Shown piece by piece: positions 31,535-42,051 of a DNA stretch of 64,000 bases. Under the pieces are notes generated by a model. It did no database searches. It saw only the letters and a list, made by a program, of their open reading frames with translations, and had not been told where the DNA came from. The translations under genes were made by a program, and so were the position numbers. The first letter of the stretch is position 1. Each line of letters begins with the position of its first letter. Origin of the DNA: Arcobacteraceae bacterium (GTDB lineage Bacteria > Campylobacterota > Campylobacteria > Campylobacterales > Arcobacteraceae); contig JBLWVX010000001.1 of assembly GCA_048268245.1 (NCBI GenBank), positions 64,001 to 128,000 of the forward strand, written 5' to 3'.

Positions 31535-32146
31535 ATGAAACAATTTATAGATACAAGCAATAACTATTTTACTTTCTCTTCATGTGAAACTTGTGAAGCA
31601 AACTGTTGTGATGGACGAAAAGGAACAGTGTTTTCTCAAATCATATTATCTGATTTTGAAGAGATTTATAAAAACTACCCTATACTTTTTATTTTTGGGG
31701 AATTAGGTTATTTAAAACCTGTAATTATTCTTACAAATGGAAAAGATTTTTGTCCACATTTAAAAGATTTCAAATGTGGTATATATGAAAAAAGATCTTC
31801 TATTTGTAGAACATACCCATTAAGTGCAAACATAGACAACAAAATTTATATTGATTCACTTTGTCCTGCCGTTGGAAAAAATCAAAATGATTCACTAATA
31901 GTAGAGAATTCAAATGTAAATAAAAAGTTTTTTGTTCCTATTTTAGATAATTATCAAGATAAATATATTGATACGTTCCATGAATTTGATAAATTTAATA
32001 AAAAAGAAGATTTAGAGCTTTGTATTATCATAAAAGGTATAAAGTTTTATAAATACAATAAAAAGAATACAAATAACTATATGAAGATGCATCAAAACTC
32101 TCTGATACATCTTGAAAAACCTTATTTTAAAGATTTAAATTCTTAA
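31535..32146 (+). CDS. YkgJ/CxxCxxCC-family Cys-cluster protein
   Basis: CETCEANCC, CPHL...CGIYEKRSSICRTYP. Confidence 0.8.
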   Translation: MKQFIDTSNNYFTFSSCETCEANCCDGRKGTVFSQIILSDFEEIYKNYPILFIFGELGYLKPVIILTNGKDFCPHLKDFKCGIYEKRSSICRTYPLSANIDNKIYIDSLCPAVGKNQNDSLIVENSNVNKKFFVPILDNYQDKYIDTFHEFDKFNKKEDLELCIIIKGIKFYKYNKKNTNNYMKMHQNSLIHLEKPYFKDLNS

Positions 32147-32900
32147 TTAAATCTTCATGTATATAACTATTTGAAGCTACTATATATTTATCTTCAAATA
32201 ATGTATACTCATCTCCATCTATATTACTTACTTTTCCACCTGCTTCTTGTAATATTATAAGACCAGCACTTACATCCCAAGCTTTTAAATTCATTTCATA
32301 GTAACCTTCATAAGTTCCCTTTGCCACATAACATAAATCAATAGCAGCAGAACCTAGTCTTCTGATATCTTGACATTTAGGTAATATATCTTTTATTTTT
32401 TTTATAACATCATTTAAATCATCTTCACATGTGCCACTTGTATATGGGAAACCTGTTGATAAAAGAGCTTTTTGAAAGTCATTCTCTTTTGAAACTTTTA
32501 ATTTTTCACCATTTAAATATGCCCCATGTCCAACTTGTGCTGTGTAAAGTTCGTCTAAAATTGGATTATAAACAACACCAATAAATGGTTTTTTATCTTT
32601 ATAAACACCTAAAGATATACAAGTATGAGGTACTTGATTTACAAAATTTGTTGTTCCATCAATAGGGTCAATTATAATTGAATTGTTAAATTCAATATTG
32701 CTATTATCTGATTCTTCTGCAATTATATTAAACTGCTTAAACTCCAAAGAAAGCTTTTCTTTCAAAAAGTTCTCAACTGCTACATCATATTTAGTAACTA
32801 AATCTTTTTTACCTTTAAAATTTACATCTTTATTTTTAAAATATCCTTCTTTTAAAATTACTGATGCCTCTTTTACTATTTCTACTATTTTATCAATCAT
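32127..32900 (-). CDS. suhB: Inositol monophosphatase family protein
   Basis: IAEES, IDPIDGTTNF, RRLGSAA, WDVSAG. Confidence 0.92.
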   Translation of the reverse strand: MIDKIVEIVKEASVILKEGYFKNKDVNFKGKKDLVTKYDVAVENFLKEKLSLEFKQFNIIAEESDNSNIEFNNSIIIDPIDGTTNFVNQVPHTCISLGVYKDKKPFIGVVYNPILDELYTAQVGHGAYLNGEKLKVSKENDFQKALLSTGFPYTSGTCEDDLNDVIKKIKDILPKCQDIRRLGSAAIDLCYVAKGTYEGYYEMNLKAWDVSAGLIILQEAGGKVSNIDGDEYTLFEDKYIVASNSYIHEDLIKNLNL

Positions 32901-33152
32901 TATTACTCTTTTTTAATTTTTTTTATTCTATCTAATCTTCATTAAGTTTCAATTATAGACTTTAACCTAAAAATAATACAATTAAAATTGGCTTCTTTTA
33001 ATTTGATACTATTTTTTCATAATTTTTTTGTATAATAAAAACTATCAAATAAAAAATAAATTATTGTTAACTTACTTTTTTTAGGAGCTAGTAATAGTAA
33101 AGACTTTAAAAGTAACAATAAATAAATTATAATAAAATAATAAGATTAGAAG

Positions 33153-33767
33153 ATGACTAGCATAAGTTTAAATGAAGATGAAAAAGATTGTTTACAAGAA
33201 TTAATGAATATTGCTTATGGCTCTGCAAGTAGTGCTATTGCTGATATTATTGATGCATTTGCTACTTTAGCAATACCAAATATAAATATTATAAATGTAA
33301 ATGAGTTAAAACCTTACTTAAATAAACAACTGAAAAATCAAGAACATTTTGTATCATCACAGCTGATAAATGGAGATTTTCAAGGTGAAAACCTTTTTAT
33401 TATAGATAGACCCTCTGCACTTAATCTTTCAGAAGAGTTTGATTTAATAAATGATGAAAACCTAAGTGATGAGGAGATTTGTGATATTATTTTAGAAATC
33501 ACAAATATATTATCTTCTACAACTATTAGTTCTCTTATAAAAGAGATGGATTCTTATGCTTCGTTTTCACCTCCAAGTATTACATTAATAAATAGTGCTT
33601 CACAACTTGAAGACAATTTAATAAAACAATATCAACAAGTAATCATTATATCCACAGAATTAAACTTCTCTGACCAAAATATCTATGGTAATTTACTAAT
33701 GCTTGCAACAGATGAGTCTATTTTACATATAAAAAGAACAATCAATAAAATATTAGATGAGTACTAG
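33153..33767 (+). CDS. CheC/CheX-family phosphatase-like protein
   Basis: Two E-x-x-N motifs (DCLQELMNI, DIILEITNI) and FSPP. Confidence 0.8.
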   Translation: MTSISLNEDEKDCLQELMNIAYGSASSAIADIIDAFATLAIPNINIINVNELKPYLNKQLKNQEHFVSSQLINGDFQGENLFIIDRPSALNLSEEFDLINDENLSDEEICDIILEITNILSSTTISSLIKEMDSYASFSPPSITLINSASQLEDNLIKQYQQVIIISTELNFSDQNIYGNLLMLATDESILHIKRTINKILDEY

Positions 33768-33769
33768 TC

Positions 33770-35278
33770 ATGTTTGAAAACCAATTTAACCTAATCTGTG
33801 AAACTATCAATAGTGGCATTTTGATTTTAGATAAAAACTTAAATGTTAAATTTTGGAATAGATGGATGGAAGTTCAAACTAAAATCAAAGAAGAAGATAT
33901 AAAAGACAAAAACCTTTTAGATTTTTATGAAAATATAAACTCTAAAATTCTTTCAAGAAAAATAAAAACAACTCTTAGATTAAATTCATCTACATTTTAC
34001 AATAGTGAACAAATCAGTTACTTATTTGATATAAAACTAAATAAAATTGCAGACTCTGTTTTTTATAATATGCAACAAAGTATTACTATATCACCTTTTG
34101 ATTTAGAAAAAGAGTTAGTAGTAGTTTATGTATACGATACGACTCTGCTTAGAGAAACAAACTACAAACTAAAAAAATCAAAAAAAGAGCTTGAAGAAAA
34201 AAATGATGAATTCAAAAGAATGATAAATGCTTTAACAGAAGGATTAATCATATCAGATGAAGATGGAAACTGTGAAATCATAAATAAATACGGAAAAGAT
34301 CTTTTAAAACTAGATAAAAATACAAATATTAAAGATAAAAAACTTTTAGATTTTGTATGCCATAAAAGTAAAGGTTTAGTTCAAAGAAACTTAGAATCAG
34401 ATGATATTAGAACATATGAAGTTTATATAAAAAGAGATGATGACACTTACTTCCCAGCTATTGTAAGTGGTCAAGTAATTCAGCTTGATAATAAAAAGAA
34501 AAGAATATCCACAATAATAGATATCAGCAACTTAAAAGAAAAAGATAGACTTATCACAAGACAGGCAAAACTAGCTGATATGGGACAAATGATAGCAAAT
34601 ATTGCTCATCAATGGAGACAACCATTAAGTCTGATTTCTACAACGGCAAGTGGTCTTAAACTATATGAAGAACTTGGAAAACTTGATAAAAATACTTTAA
34701 ATGAATCACTTGATCAAATCATTTTGACTACAGCTCATTTATCTCAAACAATTGATGATTTTAAAAACTTTATAAAAGATGACAAGAAAAGAACTGTTTT
34801 TGATTTAAATGATATTATAAAAAAAGACTTAACACTTCTTGAGGGTATTATAAAAACTTCTCATATCAAAATTGTAATAAATAGAAAAAATGAAGATATT
34901 GTTATGAAAGGCTATCCAAATGAACTTACACAAGCTATTGTAAATATTATTACAAATGCAAAAGATGTATTAGAAGAAAGAAATATAGAAAATAGATATA
35001 TCTTTATAGAATTAGAAAAGATAAATAAATATGGATATCTTAAGATTTATGATAATGCAAATGGTGTTGATGATGATATTATAGATAAGATTTTTGAACC
35101 ATACTTTACAACTAAACACAAGTCTCAAGGTACAGGATTAGGCCTTTTTATGACGCATAGAATAATCAAAGATAGTATGGATGGAGAAATAGTAGTAAAC
35201 AATATAAATTATACTCATAAAGGAAAAGAGTTTAAAGGAGCTTGTTTTACAATAGAACTTCCATTACATATACTATAA
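33770..35278 (+). CDS. Cytoplasmic PAS-PAS histidine kinase
   Basis: No TM segment; two PAS domains; IAHQWRQPL, DNANG, FEPYFTTK, GTGLGL. Confidence 0.92.
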   Translation: MFENQFNLICETINSGILILDKNLNVKFWNRWMEVQTKIKEEDIKDKNLLDFYENINSKILSRKIKTTLRLNSSTFYNSEQISYLFDIKLNKIADSVFYNMQQSITISPFDLEKELVVVYVYDTTLLRETNYKLKKSKKELEEKNDEFKRMINALTEGLIISDEDGNCEIINKYGKDLLKLDKNTNIKDKKLLDFVCHKSKGLVQRNLESDDIRTYEVYIKRDDDTYFPAIVSGQVIQLDNKKKRISTIIDISNLKEKDRLITRQAKLADMGQMIANIAHQWRQPLSLISTTASGLKLYEELGKLDKNTLNESLDQIILTTAHLSQTIDDFKNFIKDDKKRTVFDLNDIIKKDLTLLEGIIKTSHIKIVINRKNEDIVMKGYPNELTQAIVNIITNAKDVLEERNIENRYIFIELEKINKYGYLKIYDNANGVDDDIIDKIFEPYFTTKHKSQGTGLGLFMTHRIIKDSMDGEIVVNNINYTHKGKEFKGACFTIELPLHIL

Positions 35279-35283
35279 TCATG

Positions 35284-35320
35284 AAAAAAGGGAACAGATC
35301 CCAAAATCTATTCCCTTTTT
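35284..35320. terminator. Bidirectional intrinsic terminator
   Basis: AAAAAGGGAACAGAT-CCCAAA-ATCTATTCCCTTTTT; the stem has a G-U pair on the minus strand. Confidence 0.85.
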
Positions 35321-35445
35321 AATTTATAAATAAATACACTTATTCATATAATCTACTTGATAGCAAATTTAATATTCGATTAGTGTTTAACAATACTAAA
35401 AATGTAAAACCTTTGTCATTCACACCTCCGTAATACTGTTCGTAT
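35284..35445 (-). ncRNA. Candidate ~160-nt small RNA or mini-ORF transcript
   Basis: TG-T-TATAAT at 35459-35451, GGAGG at 35429-35425, ORF MTKVLHF* at 35419-35396, terminator at 35320-35284. Confidence 0.5.
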
Positions 35446-35509
35446 AAATTATTATAACATCATTTTAGATTAAATTAAACTTAAATTACTTTAATATTAA
35501 TAAATCTAA

Positions 35510-36445
35510 TTAAACAAAAGATAAACCAACAAGAGCAATAACGACTAAAAATATACCTATTATACCTATAGTAGAAGGAAGTAAAACCGTCAGAAATAGT
35601 ATCTCAAATAACAACGTGAACAATACTTCACCTGATTGTGTAGAATCAATAAGAGCAATTTTTGAAGAACTATTTGCTTTTGCTCTTGCATATAAAAACA
35701 ATGAAGTTGCCATAATACCAGAAAAAACAGCTACTAGAAATATGGATATATATTGATTATTAGATGGTATACCCACATCAAAAAACATAGATAAAATAAA
35801 CCAAAAAGGTAAACTACCAAAAGATAATAGAAAGACTTTAGAAAAAGTATTTTTTAATATCATTTCTCTTTTCTTAGATAAAGAGTCATTGTTATTTTGA
35901 AGTTCCCAAACTAATTGATTACCAATGGGATATGCAAAACTTGCTATAAGAATCAAGAAAATACTAAAAACTTGTGTTGAAATATTTTCAATATTAATAT
36001 ACGTAAGATTGATTAAGCAAATACCTATAAAAACAAGTCCTACAAAAATCCACGTTGACTTTGATATTTTTTTACCAAAAAAGAATAAGATAAAAAGAGT
36101 AGCGACAATTGTAAATTGCCAAGTAGTAGCCACAACCCAAGCAGGAGAACTGTCAGCAACATAACAAATCAAAGCATAAAATACTCCAAATCCTATTGAA
36201 CCTGCAATACTCCAAAATATATAATGATTAAAAAACTCTTCAAATAAAGACTTTAAATACTCATAGCCTTTAAAAATATAAAATCCAATACATAAAAGCA
36301 ATAACATATAAATATATCTAAGAGTTGCAGACCAAAACCAATGCCCTCCATCTTGGGCTATAAACTTATTAAAGATAAATGTTGAACTAAAAAATAATGA
36401 TGCTAATAAGCCATAAACGATAATCTTAAATGTCATATTATTCAT
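35510..36445 (-). CDS. DMT-superfamily permease (YjlA/EmrE-like putative efflux transporter)
   Basis: About 10 TM segments; FFSSTF, GGHW.WSA.LRY, W.VA.TWQ.TI, AYPIGN, TQSGEV motifs. Confidence 0.82.
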   Translation of the reverse strand: MNNMTFKIIVYGLLASLFFSSTFIFNKFIAQDGGHWFWSATLRYIYMLLLLCIGFYIFKGYEYLKSLFEEFFNHYIFWSIAGSIGFGVFYALICYVADSSPAWVVATTWQFTIVATLFILFFFGKKISKSTWIFVGLVFIGICLINLTYINIENISTQVFSIFLILIASFAYPIGNQLVWELQNNNDSLSKKREMILKNTFSKVFLLSFGSLPFWFILSMFFDVGIPSNNQYISIFLVAVFSGIMATSLFLYARAKANSSSKIALIDSTQSGEVLFTLLFEILFLTVLLPSTIGIIGIFLVVIALVGLSFV

Positions 36446-36579
36446 TTAAATCCCTTTTTTCTAAAATATATCTTTATATAAATTTTTTCTATAGTAAAAT
36501 ATTGATATCTATTTAATTATTAATATTTTACTATGCCAAGAATTGTTTATATAGTATAATTACAAAAGAAAGCATTAAT

Positions 36580-37221
36580 ATGAAAAATATAGAACAGCAA
36601 TTATCATTTATAAATAATAAATTTAAAAATATTACCTTAGCTAAACACTTTCATGAGGAGTACTCTTTTAGTTTGATATATAAAGGAGAGCACTTATATG
36701 AAAATGAAAAGAATAAATTTAATTTAGGTTTAGGAACACTACAAGTTGTAAACCCTTATGAACTACATGCCACTAAAAATAGTAGCTGGTCATACTTGAA
36801 TGTTATGATTAATAGTGAAATAATAAATAGTATAGCTAAAAACCTAACTCAAGATGATTCTATAGAAAACATTTTATTTAATCCTATAATAAAAGATATA
36901 AATGCAGTAAAAATGTTTAATCTTTTATTCAATTTAATAAGCAGTAAAAACTGTAGTAATATAGATATTGAAACTTATATAATTGAATTTATTGAATACA
37001 TCTTGAAGTATCATACAAATGATAAGCTCCCTTGTATTACAAATATAAGTTGCTCAAAAGAAACAATAAATAAAGCAATAGAATTCATAAATGAATATGA
37101 TAAGAGAATAGAAATCTCATTGTCAGATATAGCTTTAGAAGTAGGTATCACAAAATATCATTTAATTAAAGAATTTAAACGATATTATGGATATACGCCT
37201 TCAAAATTGAATAGTTTATAA
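36580..37221 (+). pseudogene. AraC-family regulator with a single HTH (internally deleted or truncated)
   Basis: Cupin ligand domain (HFHEEY, PYELH) and the first HTH (LSDIALEVGITKYHLIKEFK). The ORF ends ~15 aa later and the second HTH (GF.DQSH) is absent in all frames. Confidence 0.6.
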
Positions 37222-37254
37222 ATTGTGATTATTTTAAATTAAATATTAGAGGGT

Positions 37255-37334
37255 GAGTTTCTCGAAAAAGTCGAGATACTCGAGGGTTGTCTTTCGGACT
37301 TCGTGGCTTCGCTACGCTTCGACCACTTCGTCTG
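37255..37334. repeat. GC-rich double-hairpin (REP/MITE-like) element
   Basis: GAGTTTCTCGA-AAAAG-TCGAGATACTC and CGGAC-TTC-GTGG...CCAC-TTC-GTCTG in an AT-rich background. Confidence 0.55.
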
Positions 37335-37342
37335 CGTAAACT

Positions 37343-37370
37343 AAAAGAGTGAAAATATTCACTCTTTTTT
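37343..37370 (-). terminator. groEL terminator
   Basis: AAAAGAGTGAA-AATA-TTCACTCTTTT inverted repeat just after the groEL stop. Confidence 0.85.
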
Positions 37371-37379
37371 AACGTTTAC

Positions 37380-39279
<1,900 letters not shown>

Positions 39280-39324
39280 AGTATTTCCTTTTATTAAGTT
39301 TTATTATAATTATTATTTGTACTT

Positions 39325-39351
39325 TTAGCACTCTAATTTTTTAAGTGCTAA
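39325..39351. promoter_or_regulatory. CIRCE element (HrcA operator)
   Basis: TTAGCACTC-N9-AAGTGCTAA, one mismatch to the consensus TTAGCACTC-N9-GAGTGCTAA, upstream of groES. Confidence 0.9.
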
Positions 39352-39352
39352 A

Positions 39353-39381
39353 ATTTTATAAAATTTTTGATTAATTGTCAA
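39353..39381 (-). promoter_or_regulatory. groESL sigma70-type promoter
   Basis: TTGACA (39381-39376), 17-nt spacer, TAAAAT (39358-39353). Confidence 0.75.
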
Positions 39382-39385
39382 GTAC

Positions 39386-39406
39386 TTTGAGTTAAAATGA
39401 CTAAGA
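39386..39406. promoter_or_regulatory. HAIR-like (HspR) site
   Basis: TTTGAGT-N7-ACTAAGA versus consensus CTTGAGT-N7-ACTCAAG, immediately upstream of the -35. Confidence 0.5.
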
Positions 39407-39420
39407 GTTTGAAAAAACTC

Positions 39421-40281
39421 TTATTTATGTCTATTTATATACTTTAATAGTAGCTCTTCAAGTGAGTTTTTTAGGTTATTGTCTAAAGTTTGAAGTGTGT
39501 TCTCACATTTTAATGCCAACTCATCTGCTGCTTTAATAGCACCATCAAGTCCAAGCAAATTTACAAATGAATTCTTAGATTCATCATTTTGTGTAGTTTT
39601 TCCTGCTTCTTCTGAAGATTGAGTCTCATCAATAATATCATCTTGAATTTGGAAAAGTAAACCTAAATCAATTCCAAAGTCATAAAGTTTTTCTTGAGTT
39701 TCTAAATCATATTCACTTATAATAGCACCCATTTTTAAACTAGCTGCTATTAGTTTAGCGGTTTTATGAATATGCAAAAACTCTAATTGTTTAAGTTCTA
39801 ATTTTTGGTTTTCAAATTGGCAATCAATTGCTTGTCCAATAATCATACCATTTATACCACCATCACAACTAAGTGTTTTAATTAACTCTATTTTTATATC
39901 ATTATGAAGTGGTGCATTTGATATTTGTTTAAAAGCTTCTGTATTTAAAGCATCTCCAACTAAAATAGCTGTAACTTCATTATATTTTTTGTGAAGTGTT
40001 TGAAAACCTCTTCTTAAATCAGCATCATCCATAGATGGTAAATCATCATGAACTAATGAATAAGTATGTAGCATTTCAAGTCCAAGAGCTACTGGCATAC
40101 TATTGTCTATTAAAAGTGCTTTGTTTGATTTTACGACAGAAAGTAAAAGCATAGGTCTAAACCTTTTACCACCTGCTTGAAGCATATCCCCTAAAGCTTT
40201 TTCAAAATGGGGATGAAATGTATTTGATGAAGGAAGATTACTTAGTAAGTAATCTTCAAATTTTTCTAAAAGTTCTTTCAT
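39421..40281 (-). CDS. ispA: Polyprenyl (farnesyl) diphosphate synthase
   Basis: GGKRFRP, SLVHDDLPSMDDADLRRG, FQIQDD. Confidence 0.93.
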   Translation of the reverse strand: MKELLEKFEDYLLSNLPSSNTFHPHFEKALGDMLQAGGKRFRPMLLLSVVKSNKALLIDNSMPVALGLEMLHTYSLVHDDLPSMDDADLRRGFQTLHKKYNEVTAILVGDALNTEAFKQISNAPLHNDIKIELIKTLSCDGGINGMIIGQAIDCQFENQKLELKQLEFLHIHKTAKLIAASLKMGAIISEYDLETQEKLYDFGIDLGLLFQIQDDIIDETQSSEEAGKTTQNDESKNSFVNLLGLDGAIKAADELALKCENTLQTLDNNLKNSLEELLLKYINRHK

Positions 40282-40283
40282 AT

Positions 40284-40604
40284 CTACTTTTGGCCAAATG
40301 GATTCATACCACCCATCATGTTCATAGCCATCATTTTTTTATTTTCATCTGACTGTTTAATTACATCATTCATTGCTGAAATCAGTAAAATTTGAAGTGA
40401 ATCTTTATCTTCAAGTAGTGAGTCATCAATTTGTAAATCAATTACTTCTGAATTACCATTGATTGAAATCTCAACCATACCACCACCTGCTTTTGCAGTA
40501 AAGATTTTATTTGCATTCTCTTCTTTTGCATTATCAGCCATATCCTGAACTTGTTTCATCATAGAGTTTAAATCTAGATTTTTTAAATCAATTCCATCAA
40601 ACAT
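40284..40604 (-). CDS. ybaB: YbaB/EbfC nucleoid-associated protein
   Basis: [18 protein letters not shown]...LQ.LL..A.ND. Confidence 0.9.
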   Translation of the reverse strand: MFDGIDLKNLDLNSMMKQVQDMADNAKEENANKIFTAKAGGGMVEISINGNSEVIDLQIDDSLLEDKDSLQILLISAMNDVIKQSDENKKMMAMNMMGGMNPFGQK

Positions 40605-40980
40605 GGTCAGATCCTACAAGTTCATTTGTAATCATATCAATATTATTTTTTTCATCCACGATTACAACTGTTGGCTTATAAGTTTCTAGCTCTGATTCAT
40701 CATATGAAGCATATGCAATAACTATAATTTTATCACCAATCTCTACTTTTCTAGCAGCAGCACCATTTAAACACATATCTTTGCTTCCGGCCTTACCTTT
40801 AATTACGTAAGTTTGAAATCTTTCTCCATTGTTGATATTTACTATATCAACTTTTTGACCAACTCTTAAATGAGAAGCTTGCATAAGCTCTTCATCAATT
40901 GTGATTGATCCAACATAGTTTAAATTAGCATCTGTAACAGTTGCTCTATGAATTTTACTATATAGCATATCAAATGTCAT
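40597..40980 (-). CDS. panD: Aspartate 1-decarboxylase
   Basis: [17 protein letters not shown] self-cleavage site, [15 protein letters not shown]. Confidence 0.97.
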   Translation of the reverse strand: MTFDMLYSKIHRATVTDANLNYVGSITIDEELMQASHLRVGQKVDIVNINNGERFQTYVIKGKAGSKDMCLNGAAARKVEIGDKIIVIAYASYDESELETYKPTVVIVDEKNNIDMITNELVGSDHV

Positions 40981-40998
40981 ATATTTAATTCCTCTTTT

Positions 40999-41361
40999 TT
41001 AACTTCCTAAATTAACTGGTTTACCCCAGTACTGTTCTGGCATTAAGTACTCTTCAACAGGGCTTCCACCTAGTATATGTTCTTCAACTATTCTATCTAT
41101 TTTTTCCTTAGATAACTGACAGTACATATGATGTCCTGGTTCTACTAACATAACAGGTCCCATTTGACATCTTCCTAAACATGATGTTCTTACAACCTGT
41201 ACAGGTCCCATCAATCCTTTTTGCATCATACTTTGAGCAGTATGATTAAATAAATCTCTTGTATTTTCATTTACACATGATGGCTTTGGCATCCCTGGAG
41301 GTGATGCTTGCTCACATTTAAATATATAAAATGTCGGTTGTGGAATTGATGGCATTGACAT
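40999..41361 (-). CDS. Thioredoxin-like [2Fe-2S] ferredoxin
   Basis: C...C plus TSCLGRCQMGP motif; SD AAAGGA favours the ATG at 41361. Confidence 0.85.
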   Translation of the reverse strand: MSMPSIPQPTFYIFKCEQASPPGMPKPSCVNENTRDLFNHTAQSMMQKGLMGPVQVVRTSCLGRCQMGPVMLVEPGHHMYCQLSKEKIDRIVEEHILGGSPVEEYLMPEQYWGKPVNLGS

Positions 41362-41510
41362 TATTTTTCCTTTTTTGTTTCGCATTCTACAATAAATCAG
41401 CGAATTTTAACACTTTTTTTTTAAATTTTACTAAAAATTTAATTTTAATTTTTTTTTAAACCAAACATAATATACTAATTTCCTACAAAATAAAATTATA
41501 AGGGTTAAAT

Positions 41511-42032
41511 ATGAAAAGAATTTTATTTATTCTTTGCTCAATGGTGTTACTTTTAGAAGCAGCTAATCCAATTGCCGTTTTTAAAACAACAAGTGGTTCT
41601 TTTGAAGTTGAATTAAGACCAGACCTAGCTCCAAAAGCTGTTGAAAACTTTGTAACTCATGCAAAAAATGGTTACTACAATGGCTTAATTTTTCATAGAG
41701 TTATAAAAAACTTTATGATTCAAGGTGGAGATCCAACAGGAACAGGAAGAGGTGGAGAATCTATTTGGGGAAAACCTTTTAAAGATGAGTTTTCACCAAA
41801 AGCTTTATTTGATAAACCTGGTATTTTAGCTATGGCAAATGCAGGTAGAAACACAAACGGTAGTCAGTTTTTTGTTACAACTGTTCCGACTTATTGGTTA
41901 AATGGAAGACACACAATCTTTGGTTATGTTACAAAAGGTTTTGACATTGTTAAAAAAATTGAAAATGTTCCAACTCAAAGAGGAAATAAACCTCTAGTTG
42001 ACCAAAAAATAGAATCAATTACTATAAAATAG
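41511..42032 (+). CDS. Cyclophilin-type peptidyl-prolyl isomerase with signal peptide
   Basis: FHRVIKNFMIQGGDPTGTG, LAMANAG, NGSQFF, HTIFG. Confidence 0.95.
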   Translation: MKRILFILCSMVLLLEAANPIAVFKTTSGSFEVELRPDLAPKAVENFVTHAKNGYYNGLIFHRVIKNFMIQGGDPTGTGRGGESIWGKPFKDEFSPKALFDKPGILAMANAGRNTNGSQFFVTTVPTYWLNGRHTIFGYVTKGFDIVKKIENVPTQRGNKPLVDQKIESITIK

Positions 42033-42051
42033 AAGCTTTAAGCTTCTATTT
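42027..42051. terminator. Palindrome overlapping two convergent stop codons
   Basis: AAATAGAAGCTT-T-AAGCTTCTATTT. Confidence 0.6.

Noticed and set aside
32901..33152. 250-nt AT-rich intergenic region containing AGGAG
   Set aside because: No start codon at a suitable distance and no stable structure; consistent with divergent promoters only.
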